Below are positions 11,750 through 27,739 of a DNA stretch of 64,000 nt, piece after piece (the stretch's first letter is position 1; each line of letters starts with the position of its first letter). The stretch lies in the NCBI GenBank assembly GCA_964016885.1, contig OZ024741.1, positions 24,924,001 through 24,988,000 of the forward strand. The letters are read 5' to 3'. This DNA comes from Eledone cirrhosa. Taxonomy: Eukaryota. The notes under the pieces are model-generated. The model did not search any database, was not told the DNA's origin, and saw only the letters and a program-made list of their open reading frames with translations. The position numbers and the translations under genes are program-made.

Positions 11750-14700
11750 TAGACAGTGTCTTTTATTAGAAATATGATAATGAAAGGGTTGAACAACATA
11801 GACAGTGTCTTTTATTAGATATAGGGTAATGAATGTGTTAAACAACATAGACAGTGTCTTTTATTAGAAATATGGTAATGAAAGGGTTAAACAACATAGA
11901 CAGTGTCTTTTATTAGAAATATGGTAATGAAAGAGTTAAACAACATAGACAGTGTCTTTTATTAGAAATATGGTAATGAAAGGGTTAAACAACATAGACA
12001 GTGTGTTTTATTAGACATATGGTAATGAAAGGGTTAAACAACATAGACAGTGTCTTTTATTAGAAATATGGTAATGAAAGGGTTAAACAACATAGACAGT
12101 GTCTTTTATTAGAAATATGGTAATGAAAGGGTTAAACAACATAGACAGTGTGTTTTATTAGAAATATGGTAATGAAAGGGTTAAACAACATAGACAGTGT
12201 CTTTTATTAGAAATATGGTAATGAAAGATTTAAACAACATAGACAGTGTGTTTTATTAGAAATATGGTAATGAAAGGGTTAAACAACATGGACAGTGTGT
12301 TTTATTAGAAATATGATAATGAAAGGGTTAAAAAACATAGACAGTGTCTTGTATTAGAAATATGGTATTGAAAGGGTTAAACAACATAGACAGTGTCTTT
12401 TATTAGAAATATGGTAATGAAAGGGTTAAACAACATAGACAGTGTCTTTTATTAGAAATATGGTAATGAAAGGGTTATACAACATAGACAGTGTCTTTTA
12501 TTGGAAATATGATAATGAAAGGGTTAAACAACATAGACAGTGTCTTTTATTAGAAATACGGTAATGAAAAGGTTAAACAACATGGACAGTGTCTTTTATT
12601 AGAAATATGGTAATGAAAGGGTTAAACAACATAGACAGTGTCTTTTATTAGAAATATGATAATGAAAGGGTTAAACAACATGGACAGTGTCTTTTATTAG
12701 AAATAGGGTAATGAAAGGGTTAAACAACATAGACAGTGTCTTTTTTTAGAAATATGGTAATGAAAGGATTAAACAACATAGACAGTGTCTTTTATTAGAA
12801 ATATGGTAATGAAAGGGTTTAACAACATAAACAGTATCTTTTATTAGAAATGTGGTAATGAAAGGGTTAAACAACATAGACAGTGTCTTTTATTAGAAAT
12901 ATGATAATGAAAGGGTTGAACAACATAGACAGTGTCTTTTATTAGATATAGGGTAATGAATGTGTTAAACAACATAGACAGTGTCTTTTATTAGAAATAT
13001 GGTAATGAAAGGGTTAAACAACATAGACAGTGTCTTTTATTAGAAATATGGTAATGAAAGAGTTAAACAACATAGACAGTGTCTTTTATTAGAAATATGG
13101 TAATGAAAGGGTTAAACAACATAGACAGTGTGTTTTATTAGACATATGGTAATGAAAGGGTTAAACAACATAGACAGTGTCTTTTATTAGAAATATGGTA
13201 ATGAAAGGGTTAAACAACATAGACAGTGTCTTTTATTAGAAATATGGTAATGAAAGGGTTAAACAACATAGACAGTGTGTTTTATTAGAAATATGGTAAT
13301 GAAAGGGTTAAACAACATAGACAGTGTCTTTTATTAGAAATATGGTAATGAAAGATTTAAACAACATAGACAGTGTGTTTTATTAGAAATATGGTAATGA
13401 AAGGGTTAAACAACATGGACAGTGTGTTTTATTAGAAATATGATAATGAAAGGGTTAAAAAACATAGACAGTGTCTTGTATTAGAAATATGGTATTGAAA
13501 GGGTTAAACAACATAGACAGTGTCTTTTATTAGAAATATGGTAATGAAAGGGTTAAACAACATAGACAGTGTCTTTTATTAGAAATATGGTAATGAAAGG
13601 GTTATACAACATAGACAGTGTCTTTTATTGGAAATATGATAATGAAAGGGTTAAACAACATAGACAGTGTCTTTTATTAGAAATACGGTAATGAAAGGGT
13701 TAAACAACATGGACAGTGTCTTTTATTAGAAATATGGTAATGAAAGGGTTAAACAACATAGACAGTGTCTTTTATTAGAAATATGATAATGAAAGGGTTA
13801 AACAACATGGACAGTGTCTTTTATTAGAAATAGGGTAATGAAAGGGTTAAACAACATAGACAGTGTCTTTTTTTAGAAATATGGTAATGAAAGGATTAAA
13901 CAACATAGACAGTGTCTTTTATTAGAAATATGGTAATGAAAGGGTTTAACAACATAAACAGTATCTTTTATTAGAAATGTGGTAATGAAAGGGTTAAACA
14001 ACATAGACAGTGTCTTTTATTAGAAATATGATAATGAAAGGGTTGAACAACATAGACAGTGTCTTTTATTAGATATAGGGTAATGAATGTGTTAAACAAC
14101 ATAGACAGTGTCTTTTATTAGAAATATGGTAATGAAAGGGTTAAACAACATAGACAGTGTCTTTTATTAGAAATATGGTAATGAAAGAGTTAAACAACAT
14201 AGACAGTGTCTTTTATTAGAAATATGGTAATGAAAGGGTTAAACAACATAGACAGTGTGTTTTATTAGACATATGGTAATGAAAGGGTTAAACAACATAG
14301 ACAGTGTCTTTTATTAGAAATATGGTAATGAAAGGGTTAAACAACATAGACAGTGTCTTTTATTAGAAATATGGTAATGAAAGGGTTAAACAACATAGAC
14401 AGTGTGTTTTATTAGAAATATGGTAATGAAAGGGTTAAACAACATAGACAGTGTCTTTTATTAGAAATATGGTAATGAAAGATTTAAACAACATAGACAG
14501 TGTGTTTTATTAGAAATATGGTAATGAAAGGGTTAAACAACATGGACAGTGTCTTTTATTAGAAATATGATAATGAAAGGGTTAAAAAACATAGACAGTG
14601 TCTTGTATTAGAAATATGGTATTGAAAGGGTTAAACAACATAGACAGTGTCTTTTATTAGAAATATGGTAATGAAAGGGTTAAACAACATAGACAGTGTC

Positions 14701-15130
14701 TTTTATTAGAAATATGGTAATGAAAGGGTTATACAACATAGACAGTGTCTTTTATTGGAAATATGATAATGAAAGGGTTAAACAACATAGACAGTGTCTT
14801 TTATTAGAAATACGGTAATGAAAGGGTTAAACAACATGGACAGTGTCTTTTATTAGAAATATGGTAATGAAAGGGTTAAACAACATAGACAGTGTCTTTT
14901 ATTAGAAATATGATAATGAAAGGGTTAAACAACATGGACAGTGTCTTTTATTAGAAATAGGGTAATGAAAGGGTTAAACAACATAGACAGTGTCTTTTTT
15001 TAGAAATATGGTAATGAAAGGATTAAACAACATAGACAGTGTCTTTTATTAGAAATATGGTAATGAAAGGGTTTAACAACATAAACAGTATCTTTTATTA
15101 GAAATGTGGTAATGAAAGGGTTAAACAACA
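11750..15130. repeat. 23-monomer (1127-bp) higher-order repeat x3
   Basis: GGGTTGAAC variant G at 11791, 12918, 14045. AAATACGG variant C at 12559, 13686, 14813. All offsets are 1127 = 23x49. Confidence 0.9.
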
Positions 15131-17280
15131 TAGACAGTGTCTTTTATTAGAAATATGGTAATGAAAGGGTTACACAACATAGACAGTGTCTTTTATTAGA
15201 AATATGGTAATGAAAGGGTTAAACAACATAGACAGTGTCTTTTATTAGAAATATGGTAATGAAAGGGTTAAACAACATAGACAGTGTCTTTTATTAGAAA
15301 TATGATAATGAAAGGGTTAAACAACATAGACAGTGTCTTTTATTAGAAATATGGTAATGAAAGGGTTAAACAACATAGACAGTGTCTTTTATTAGAAATA
15401 GGGTAATGAAAGGGTTAAACAACATAGACAGTGTCTTTTATTAGAAATATGATAATGAAAGGGTTAAACAACATAGACAGTGTCTTTTATTAGAAATATG
15501 ATAATGAAAGGGTTAAACAACATAGACAGTGTCTTTTATTAGAAATATGGTAATGAAAGGGTTAAACAACATAGACAGTGTCTTTTATTAGAAATATGGT
15601 AATGAAAGGGTTAAACAACATAGATAGTGTCTTTTATTAGAAATATGGTAATGAAAGGGTTAAACAACATAGACAGTGTCTTTTATTAGAAATATGGTAA
15701 TGAAAGGGTTAAACAACATAGACAGTGTCTTTTATTAGAAATATGGTAATGAAAGGGTTAAACAACATAGACAGTATCTTTTATTAGAAATATGGTAATG
15801 AAAGGGTTAAACAACATAGACAGTGTCTTTTATTAGAAACATGGTAATGAAAGGGTTAAACAACATAGACAGTGTCTTTTATTAGAAATATGGTAATGCA
15901 AGAGTTAAACAACATAGACAGTGTCTTTTATTAGAAATATGGTAATGAAAGGGTTAAACAACATAGATAGTGTCTTTCATTAGAAATATGGTAATGAAAG
16001 GGTTAAATTACATAGGCAGTGTCTTCTATTAGAAATATCATAATGAAAGGGTTAAACAACATAGACAGTGTCTTTTATTAGAAATATGGTAATGAAAGAT
16101 TTAAACAACATAGACAGTGTGTTTTATTAGAAATATGGTAATGAAAGGGTTAAACAACATGGACAGTGTCTTTTATTAGAAATATGATAATGAAAGGGTT
16201 AAAAAACATAGACAGTGTCTTGTATTAGAAATATGGTATTGAAAGGGTTAAACAACATAGACAGTGTCTTTTATTAGAAATATGGTAATGAAAGGGTTAA
16301 ACAACATAGACAGTGTCTTTTATTAGAAATATGGTAATGAAAGGGTTATACAACATAGACAGTGTCTTTTATTGGAAATATGATAATGAAAGGGTTAAAC
16401 AACATAGACAGTGTCTTTTATTAGAAATACGGTAATGAAAGGGTTAAACAACATGGACAGTGTCTTTTATTAGAAATATGGTAATGAAAGGGTTAAACAA
16501 CATAGACAGTGTCTTTTATTAGAAATATGATAATGAAAGGGTTAAACAACATGGACAGTGTCTTTTATTAGAAATAGGGTAATGAAAGGGTTAAACAACA
16601 TAGACAGTGTCTTTTTTTAGAAATATGGTAATGAAAGGATTAAACAACATAGACAGTGTCTTTTATTAGAAATATGGTAATGAAAGGGTTTAACAACATA
16701 AACAGTATCTTTTATTAGAAATGTGGTAATGAAAGGGTTAAACAACATAGACAGTGTCTTTTATTAGAAATATGGTAATGAAAGGGTTACACAACATAGA
16801 CAGTGTCTTTTATTAGAAATATGGTAATGAAAGGGTTAAACAACATAGACAGTGTCTTTTATTAGAAATATGGTAATGAAAGGGTTAAACAACATAGACA
16901 GTGTCTTTTATTAGAAATATGATAATGAAAGGGTTAAACAACATAGACAGTGTCTTTTATTAGAAATATGGTAATGAAAGGGTTAAACAACATAGACAGT
17001 GTCTTTTATTAGAAATAGGGTAATGAAAGGGTTAAACAACATAGACAGTGTCTTTTATTAGAAATATGATAATGAAAGGGTTAAACAACATAGACAGTGT
17101 CTTTTATTAGAAATATGATAATGAAAGGGTTAAACAACATAGACAGTGTCTTTTATTAGAAATATGGTAATGAAAGGGTTAAACAACATAGACAGTGTCT
17201 TTTATTAGAAATATGGTAATGAAAGGGTTAAACAACATAGATAGTGTCTTTTATTAGAAATATGGTAATGAAAGGGTTAA
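14460..17280. repeat. 33-monomer (1617-bp) duplication, second copy partial
   Basis: AAATACGG 14813/16430 and GGGTTACAC 15171/16788 are offset 1617. Confidence 0.8.
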
Positions 17281-20200
17281 ACAACATAGATAGTGTCTTT
17301 CATTAGAAATATGGTAATGAAAGGGTTAAATTACATAGGCAGTGTCTTCTATTAGAAATATCATAATGAAAGGGTTAAACAACATAGACAGTGTCTTTTA
17401 TTAGAAATATGGTAATGAAAGTGTTAAACAACATAGACAGTGTCTTTTATTAGAAATATGGTAATGAAACTGTTAAACAACATAGACAGTGTCTTTTATT
17501 AGAAATGTGGTAATGAAAGTGTTAAACAACATAGACAGTATCTTTTATTAGAAATGTGGTAATGAAAGTGTTAAACAACATAGACAGTATCTTTTATTAG
17601 AAATGTGGTAATGAAAGGGATAAAAAACTTAGACAGTGTCTTTTATTAGAAATATGGTAATGAAAGTGTTAAACAACATAGACAGTGTCTTTTATTAGAA
17701 ATATGGTAATGAAAGGGTTAAACAACATAGATAGTGTCTTTCATTAGAAATATGGTAATGAAAAGGTTAAATTACATAGGCAGTGTCTTCTATTAGAAAT
17801 ATGATAATGAAAGGGTTAAACAACATAGACAGTGTCTTTTATTAGAAATATGGTAATGAAAGTGTTAAACAACATAGACAGTGTCTTTTATTAGAAATAT
17901 GGTAATGAAAGTGTTAAACAACATAGACAGTGTCTTTTATTAGAAATGTGGTAATGAAAGTGTTAAACAACATAGACAGTATCTTTTATTAGAAATGTGG
18001 TAATGAAAGGGTTAAACAACATAGACAGTGTCTTTTATTAGAAATGTGGTAATGAAAGGGTTAAACAACATAGACAGTGTCTTTTATTAGAAATATGGTA
18101 ATGAAAGGGTTAAACAACATAGACAGTGTCTTTTATTAGAAATATGGTAATGAAAGGGTTAAACAACATAGACAGTGTCTTTTATTAGAAATATGGTAAT
18201 GAAAGGGTTAAACAACATAGACAGTGTCTTTTATTAGAAATATGATAATGAAAGGGTTAAACAACATAGACAGTGTCTTTTATTAGAAATATGGTAATGA
18301 AAGGGTTAAACAACATAGACAGTGTCTTTTATTAGAAATAGGGTAATGAAAGGGTTAAACAACATAGACAGTGTCTTTTATTAGAAATAGGGTAATGAAA
18401 GGGTTAAACAACATAGACAGTGTCTTTTATTAGAAATATGGTAATGAAAGGGTTAAACAACATAGACAGTGTCTTTTATTAGAAATATGGTAATGAAAGG
18501 TTTAAACAACATAGACAGTGTGTTTTATTAGAAATATGGTAATGAAAGGGTTAAACAACATAGACAGTGTCTTTTATTAGAAATATGGTAATGAAAGGGT
18601 TAAACAACATAGACAGTGTCTTTTATTAGAAATATGATAATGAAAGGGTTAAACAACATAGACAGTGTCTTTTATTAGATATAGGGTAATGAATGTGTTA
18701 AACAACATAGACAGTGTCTTTTATTAGAAATATGGTAATGAAAGGGTTAAACAACATAGACAGTGTCTTTTATTAGAAATATGGTAATGAAAGAGTTAAA
18801 CAACATAGACAGTGTCTTTTATTAGAAATATGGTAATGAAAGGGTTAAACAACATAGACAGTGTGTTTTATTAGACATATGGTAATGAAAGGGTTAAACA
18901 ACATAGACAGTGTCTTTTATTAGATATAGGGTAATGAAAGTGTTAAACAACATAGACAGTGTCTTGTATTAGAAATATGGTAATGAAAGTGTTGAACAAC
19001 ATAGACAGAGTCTTTTATTAGAAATATGGTAATGAAAGGGTTAAACAACATAGACAGTGTCTTTTATTAGAAATATGGTAATGAAAGGGTTAAACAACAT
19101 AGACAGTGTGTTTTATTAGAAATATGGTAATGAAAGGGTTAAACAACATAGACAGTGTCTTTTATTAGAAATATGGTAATGAAAGGGTTAAACAACATAG
19201 ACAGTGTCTTTTATTAGAAATATGGTAATGAAAGGGTTAAACAACATAGACAGTGTGTTTTATTAGAAATATGGTAATGAAAGGGTTAAACAACATAGAC
19301 AGTGTCTTTTATTAGAAATATGGTAATGAAAGGGTTAAACAACATAGACAGTGTCTTTTATTAGAAATATGGTAATGAAAGATTTAAACAACATAGACAG
19401 TGTGTTTTATTAGAAATATGGTAATGAAAGGGTTAAACAACATGGACAGTGTCTTTTATTAGAAATATGATAATGAAAGGGTTAAAAAACATAGACAGTG
19501 TCTTGTATTAGAAATATGGTATTGAAAGGGTTAAACAACATAGACAGTGTCTTTTATTAGAAATATGGTAATGAAAGGGTTAAACAACATAGACAGTGTC
19601 TTTTATTAGAAATATGGTAATGAAAGGGTTATACAACATAGACAGTGTCTTTTATTGGAAATATGATAATGAAAGGGTTAAACAACATAGACAGTGTCTT
19701 TTATTAGAAATATGGTAATGAAAGGGTTAAACAACATGGACAGTGTCTTTTATTAGAAATATGGTAATGAAAGGGTTAAACAACATAGACAGTGTCTTTT
19801 ATTAGAAATATGATAATGAAAGGGTTAAACAACATGGACAGTGTCTTTTATTAGAAATAGGGTAATGAAAGGGTTAAACAACATAGACAGTGTCTTTTTT
19901 TAGAAATATGGTAATGAAAGGATTAAACAACATAGACAGTGTCTTTTATTAGAAATATGGTAATGAAAGGGTTTAACAACATAAACAGTATCTTTTATTA
20001 GAAATGTGGTAATGAAAGGGTTAAACAACATAGACAGTGTCTTTTATTAGAAATATGGTAATGAAAGGGTTAAACAACATAGACAGTGTCTTTTATTAGA
20101 AATATGGTAATGAAAGGGTTAAACAACATAGACAGTGTCTTTTATTAGAAATATGGTAATGAAAGGGTTAAACAACATAGACAGTGTCTTTTATTAGAAA

Positions 20201-22100
20201 TATGATAATGAAAGGGTTAAGCAACATAGACAGTGTCTTTTATTAGAAATATGGTAATGAAAGGGTTAAACAACATAGACAGTGTCTTTTATTAGAAATA
20301 GGGTAATGAAAGGGTTAAACAACATAGACAGTGTCTTTTATTAGAAATATGATAATGAAAGGGTTAAACAACATAGACAGTGTCTTTTATTAGAAATATG
20401 ATAATGAAAGGGTTAAACAACATAGACAGTGTCTTTTATTAGAAATATGGTAATGAAAGGGTTAAACAACATAGACAGTGTCTTTTATTAGAAATATGGT
20501 AATGAAAGGGTTAAACAACATAGACAGTATCTTTTATTAGAAATATGGTAATGAAAGGGTTAAACAACATAGACAGTGTCTTTTATTAGAAACATGGTAA
20601 TGAAAGGGTTAAACAACATAGACAGTGTCTTTTATTAGAAATATGGTAATGCAAGAGTTAAACAACATAGACAGTGTCTTTTATTAGAAATATGGTAATG
20701 AAAGGGTTAAACAACATAGATAGTGTCTTTCATTAGAAATATGGTAATGAAAGGGTTAAATTACATAGGCAGTGTCTTCTATTAGAAATATCATAATGAA
20801 AGGGTTAAACAACATAGACAGTGTCTTTTATTAGAAATATGGTAATGAAAGTGTTAAACAACATAGACAGTGTCTTTTATTAGAAATATGGTAATGAAAC
20901 TGTTAAACAACATAGACAGTGTCTTTTATTAGAAATGTGGTAATGAAAGTGTTAAACAACATAGACAGTATCTTTTATTAGAAATGTGGTAATGAAAGTG
21001 TTAAACAACATAGACAGTATCTTTTATTAGAAATGTGGTAATGAAAGGGATAAAAAACTTAGACAGTGTCTTTTATTAGAAATATGGTAATGAAAGTGTT
21101 AAACAACATAGACAGTGTCTTTTATTAGAAATATGGTAATGAAAGGGTTAAACAACATAGATAGTGTCTTTCATTAGAAATATGGTAATGAAAGGGTTAA
21201 ATTACATAGGCAGTGTCTTCTATTAGAAATATGATAATGAAAGGGTTAAACAACATAGACAGTGTCTTTTATTAGAAATATGGTAATGAAAGTGTTAAAC
21301 AACATAGACAGTGTCTTTTATTAGAAATGTGGTAATGAAAGTGTTAAACAACATAGACAGTATCTTTTATTAGAAATGTGGTAATGAAAGGGTTAAACAA
21401 CATAGACAGTGTCTTTTATTAGAAATGTGGTAATGAAAGGGTTAAACAACATAGACAGTGTCTTTTATTAGAAATATGGTAATGAAAGGGTTAAACAACA
21501 TAGACAGTGTCTTTTATTAGAAATATGGTAATGAAAGGGTTAAACAACATAGACAGTGTCTTTTATTAGAAATATGGTAATGAAAGGGTTAAACAACATA
21601 GACAGTGTCTTTTATTAGAAATATGATAATGAAAGGGTTAAACAACATAGACAGTGTCTTTTATTAGAAATATGGTAATGAAAGGGTTAAACAACATAGA
21701 CAGTGTCTTTTATTAGAAATAGGGTAATGAAAGGGTTAAACAACATAGACAGTGTCTTTTATTAGAAATATGGTAATGAAAGGGTTAAACAACATAGACA
21801 GTGTCTTTTATTAGAAATATGGTAATGAAAGGGTTAAACAACATAGACAGTGTCTTTTATTAGAAATATGGTAATGAAAGGTTTAAACAACATAGACAGT
21901 GTGTTTTATTAGAAATATGGTAATGAAAGGGTTAAACAACATAGACAGTGTCTTTTATTACAAATATGGTAATGAAAGGGTTAAACAACATAGACAGTGT
22001 CTTTTATTAGAAATATGATAATGAAAGGGTTAAACAACATAGACAGTGTCTTTTATTAGATATAGGGTAATGAATGTCTTAAACAACATAGACAGTGTCT
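17280..22100. repeat. Segment repeated at a 70-monomer (3430-bp) offset
   Basis: AAATTACATAGGC 17331/20761, GAAACTGTT 17470/20900 and GGGATAAAAAACTT 17621/21051 are all offset 3430 = 70x49. Confidence 0.75.
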
Positions 22101-25100
22101 TTTATTAGAAATATGGTAATGAAAGGGTTAAACAACATAGATAGTGTCTTTTATTAGAAATATGGTAATGAAAGGGTTAAACAACATAGACAGTGTCTTT
22201 TATTAGATATAGGGTAATGAAAGGGTTAAACAACATAGACAGTGCCTTTTATTAGAAATATGGTAATGAAAGGGTTAAACAACATAGATAGTGTCTTTTA
22301 TTAGAAATATGGTAATGAAAGGGTTAAACAACATAGACAGTGTCTTTTATTAGATATAGGGTAATGAAAGGGTTAAACAACGTAGACAGTGTCTTTTATT
22401 AGAAATATGGTAATGAAAGGGTTAAGCAACATAGACAGTGTCTTTTATTAGAAATATGGTAATGAAAGGTTTAAACAACATAGACAGTGTCTTTTATTAG
22501 AAATATGGTAATGAAAGGGTTAAACAACATAGACAGTGTCTTTTATTAGAAATATGGTAATGAAAGAGTTAAACAACATAGACAGTGTCTTTTATTAGAA
22601 ATATGGTAATGAAAGGGTTAAACAACATAGACAGTGTGTTTTGTTAGACATATGGTAATGAAAGGGTTAAACAACATAGACAGTGTCTTTTATTAGATAT
22701 GGGGTAATGAAAGTGTTAAACAACATAGACAGTGTCTTTTATTAGAAATATGGTAATGAAAGGGTTAAACAACATAGACAGTGTGTTTTATTAGAAATAT
22801 GGTAATGAAAGGGTTAAACAACATAGACAGTGTCTTTTATTAGAAATATGGTAATGAAAGGGTTAAACAACATAGACAGTGTCTTTTATTAGAAATATAA
22901 TAATGAAAGGGTTAAACAACAGAAATATGGTAATGATAGGGTTAAACAACATAGACAGTGTCTTTTATTAGAAATATGATAATGAAAGGGTTAAACAACA
23001 TAGACAGTGTCTTTTATTAGAAATATTGTAATGAAAGGGTTAAACAACATAGACAGCGTCTTTTATTAGAAATATGGTAATGAAAGTGTTAAACAACATA
23101 GACAGTGTCTTTTATTAGAAATACAACATAGACAGTGTGTTTTATTAGAAATATGGTAATGAAAGGGTTAAACAACATAGACAGTGTCTTTTATTAGAAA
23201 TATGATAATGAAAGGGTTAAAAAACATAGACAGTGTCTTGTATTAAAAATATGGTAATGAAAGGGTTAAACAACATAGACAGTGTCTTTTATTAGAAATA
23301 TGGTAATGAAAGGGTTAAACAACATAGACAGTGTCTTTTATTAGAAATATGATAATGAAAGGGTTAAACAACATAGAGATTGTCTTTTATTAGATATAGG
23401 GTAATGAATGTGTTAAACAACATAGACAGTGTCTTTTATTAGAAATATGGTAATGAAAGGGTTAAACAACATAGACAGTGTCTTTTATTCGAAATATGAT
23501 AATGAAAGGGTTAAACAACATAGAGAGTGTCTTTTATTAGATATAGGGTAATGAATGTGTTAAACAACATAGACAGTGTCTTTTATTAGAAATATGGTAA
23601 TGAAAGGGTTAAACAACATAGACAGTGTCTTTTATTAGAAATATGGTAATGAAAGGGTTAGACAACATAGACAGTGTCTTTTATTAGAAATATGGTAATG
23701 AAAGGGTTAAACAACATAGACAGTGTCTTTTATTAGAAATATGGTAATGAAAGGGTTAAACAACATAGACAGTGTCTTTTATTAGAAATATGGTAATGAA
23801 AGGGTTAAACAACATAGACAGTGTCTTTTATTAGAAATATGGTAATGAAAGGGTTAAACAACATAGACAGTGTCTTTTATTAGAAATATGGTAATGAAAG
23901 GGTTAAACAACATAGACAGTGTCTTTTATTGGAAATATGATAATGAAAGGGTTAAACAACATAGACAGTGTCTTTTATTAGAAATATGGTAATGAAAGGG
24001 TTAAACAACATGGACAGTGTCTTTTATTAGAAATATGGTAATGAAAGGGTTAAACAACATAGACAGTGTCTTTTATTAGAAATATGATAATGAAAGGGTT
24101 AAACAACATAGACAGTGTCTTTTATTAGATATAGGGTAATGAATGTGTTAAACAACATAGACAGTGTCTTTTATTAGAAATATGGTAATGAAAGGGTTAA
24201 ACAACATAGACAGTGTCTTTTATTAGAAATATGGTATTGAAAGAGTTAAACAACATAGACAGTGTCTTTTATTAGAAATATGGTAATGAAAGGGTTAAAC
24301 AACATAGACAGTGTGTTTTATTAGACATATGGTAATGAAAGGGTTAAACAACATAGACAGTGTCTTTTATTAGATATAGGGTAATGAAAGTGTTAAACAA
24401 CATAGACAGTGTCTTGTATTAGAAATATGGTAATGAAAGTGTTGAACAACATAGACAGAGTCTTTTATTAGAAATATGGTAATGAAAGGGTTAAACAACA
24501 TAGACAGTGTCTTTTATTAGAAATATGGTAATGAAAGGGTTAAACAACATAGACAGTGTCTTTTATTAGAAATATGGTAATGAAAGGTTTAAACAACATA
24601 GACAATGTGTTTTATTAGAAATATGGTAATGAAAGGGTTAAACAACATAGACAGTGTCTTTTATTAGAAATATGGTAATGAAAGGGTTAAACAACATAGA
24701 CAGTGTCTTTTATTAGAAATATGGTAATGAAAGATTTAAACAACATAGACAGTGTGTTTTATTAGAAATATGGTAATGAAAGGGTTAAACAACATGGACA
24801 GTGTCTTTTATTAGAAATATGATAATGAAAGGGTTAAAAAACATAGACAGTGTCTTGTATTAGAAATATGGTATTGAAAGGGTTAAACAACATAGACAGT
24901 GTCTTTTATTAGAAATATGGTAATGAAAGGGTTAAACAACATAGATAGTGTCTTTTATTAGAAATATGGTAATGAAAGTGTTAAACAACATAGACAGTGT
25001 CTTTTATTAGAAATATGGTAATGAAAGGGTTAAACAACATAGACAGTGTCTTTTATTAGAAATATGGTAATGAAAGGGTTACACAACATAGACAGTGTCT

Positions 25101-27739
25101 TTTATTAGAAATATGGTAATGAAAGGGTTAAACAACATAGACAGTGTCTTTTATTAGAAATATGGTAATGAAAGGGTTAAACAACATAGACAGTGTCTTT
25201 TATTAGAAATATGATAATGAAAGGGTTAAACAACATAGACAGTGTCTTTTATTAGAAATATGGTAATGAAGGGGTTAAACAACATAGACAGTGTCTTTTA
25301 TTAGAAATAGGGTAATGAAAGGGTTAAACAACATAGACAGTGTCTTTTATTAGAAATATGATAATGAAAGGGTTAAACAACATAGACAGTGTCTTTTATT
25401 AGAAATATGATAATGAAAGGGTTAAACAACATAGACAGTGTCTTTTATTAGAAATATGGTAATGAAAGGGTTAAACAACATAGATAGTGTCTTTTATTAG
25501 AAATATGGTAATGAAAGTGTTAAACAACATAGACAGTGTCTTTTATTAGAAATATGGTAATGAAAGGGTTAAACAACATAGACAGTGTCTTTTATTAGAA
25601 ATATGGTAATGAAAGGGTTAAACAACATAGACAGTATCTTTTATTAGAAACATGGTAATGAAAGGGTTAAACAACATAGACAGTGTCTTTTATTAGAAAT
25701 ATGGTAATGCAAGAGTTAAACAACATAGACAGTGTCTTTTATTAGAAATATGGTAATGAAAGGGTTAAACAACATAGATAGTGTCTTTCATTAGAAATAT
25801 GGTAATGAAAGGGTTAAATTACATAGGCAGTGTCTTCTATTAGAAATATCATAATGAAAGGGTTAAACAACATAGACAGTGTCTTTTATTAGAAATATGG
25901 TAATGAAAGTGTTAAACAACATAGACAGTGTCTTTTATTAGAAATATGGTAATGAAAGTGTTAAACAACATAGACAGTGTCTTTTATTAGAAATGTGCTA
26001 ATGAAAGTGTTAAACAACATAGACAGTATCTTTTATTAGAAATGTGGTAATGAAAGTATTAAACAACATAGACAGTATCTTTTATTAGAAATGTGGTAAT
26101 GAAAGGGATAAAAAACTTAGACAGTGTCTTTTATTAGAAATATGGTAATGAAAGTGTTAAACAACATAGACAGTGTCTTTTATTAGAAATATGGTAATGA
26201 AAGGGTTAAACAACATAGATAGTGTCTTTCATTAGAAATATGGTAATGAAAGGGTTAAATTACATAGGCAGTGTCTTCTATTAGAAATATGATAATGAAA
26301 GGGTTAAACAACATAGACAGTGTCTTTTATTAGAAATATGGTAATGAAAGTGTTAAACAACATAGACAGTGTCTTTTATTAGAAATATGGTAATGAAAGT
26401 GTTAAACAACATAGAGAGTGTCTTTTATTAGAAATGTGGTAATGAAAGTGTTAAACAACATAGACAGTATCTTTTATTAGAAATGTGGTAATGAAAGGGT
26501 TAAACAACATAGACAGTGTCTTTTATTAGAAATAGGGTAATGAAAGGGTTAAACAACATAGACAGTGTCTTTTATTAGAAATATGATAATGAAAGGGTTA
26601 AACAACATAGACAGTGTCTGTTATTAGAAATATGGTAATGAAAGAGTTAAACAACATAGACAGTGTCTTTTATTAGAAATATGGTAATGAAAGGGTTAAA
26701 CAACATAGACAGTGTGTTTTGTTAGACATATGGCAATGAAAGGGTAAAACAACATAGACAGTGTCTTTTATTAGATATAGGGTAATGAAAGTGTTAAACA
26801 ACATAGACAGTGTCTTTTATTAGAAATATGGTAATGAAAGGGTTAAACAACATAGACAGTGTCATTTATTAGAAATATGGTAATGAAAGGGTTAAACAAC
26901 ATAGACATTGTCTTTTATTAGATATAGGGTAATGAATGTGTTAAACAACATAGACAGTGTCTTTTATTAGAAATATGGTAATGAAAGGGTTAAACAACAT
27001 AGACAGTGTCTTTTATTAGAAATATGGTAATGAAAGGGTTAAACAACATAGACAGTGTCTTTTATTAGATATAGGGTAATGAAAGGGTTAAACAACATAG
27101 ACAGTGTCTTTTATTAGAAATATGGTAATGAAAGGGTTAAACAACATAGATAGTGTCTTTTATTAGAAATATGGTAATGAAAGGGTTAAACAACATAGAC
27201 AGTGTCTTTTATTAGATATAGGGAAATGAAAGGGTTAAACAACATAGACAGTGTCTTTTATTAGAAATATGGTAATGAAAGGGTTATACAACATAGACAG
27301 TGTCTTTTATTAGAAATATGGTAATGAAAGGTTTAAACAACATAGACAGTGTCTTTTATTAGAAATATGGTAATGAAAGGGTTAAACAACATAGACAGTG
27401 TCTTTTATTAGAAATATGGTAATGAAAGAGTTAAACAACATAGACAGTGTCTTTTATTAGAAATATGGTAATGAAAGGGTTAAACAACATAGACAGTGTG
27501 TTTTGTTAGACATATGGTAATGAAAGGGTTAAACAACATAGACAGTGTCTTTTATTAGATATAGGGTAATGAAAGTGTTAAACAACATAGACAGTGTCTT
27601 TTATTAGAAATATGGTAATGAAAGGGTTAAACAACATAGACAGTGTCTTTTATTAGAAATATGGTAATGAAAGGGTTAAACAACATAGACAGTGTGTTTT
27701 ATTAGAAATATGGTAATGAAAGGGTTAAACAACATAGAC

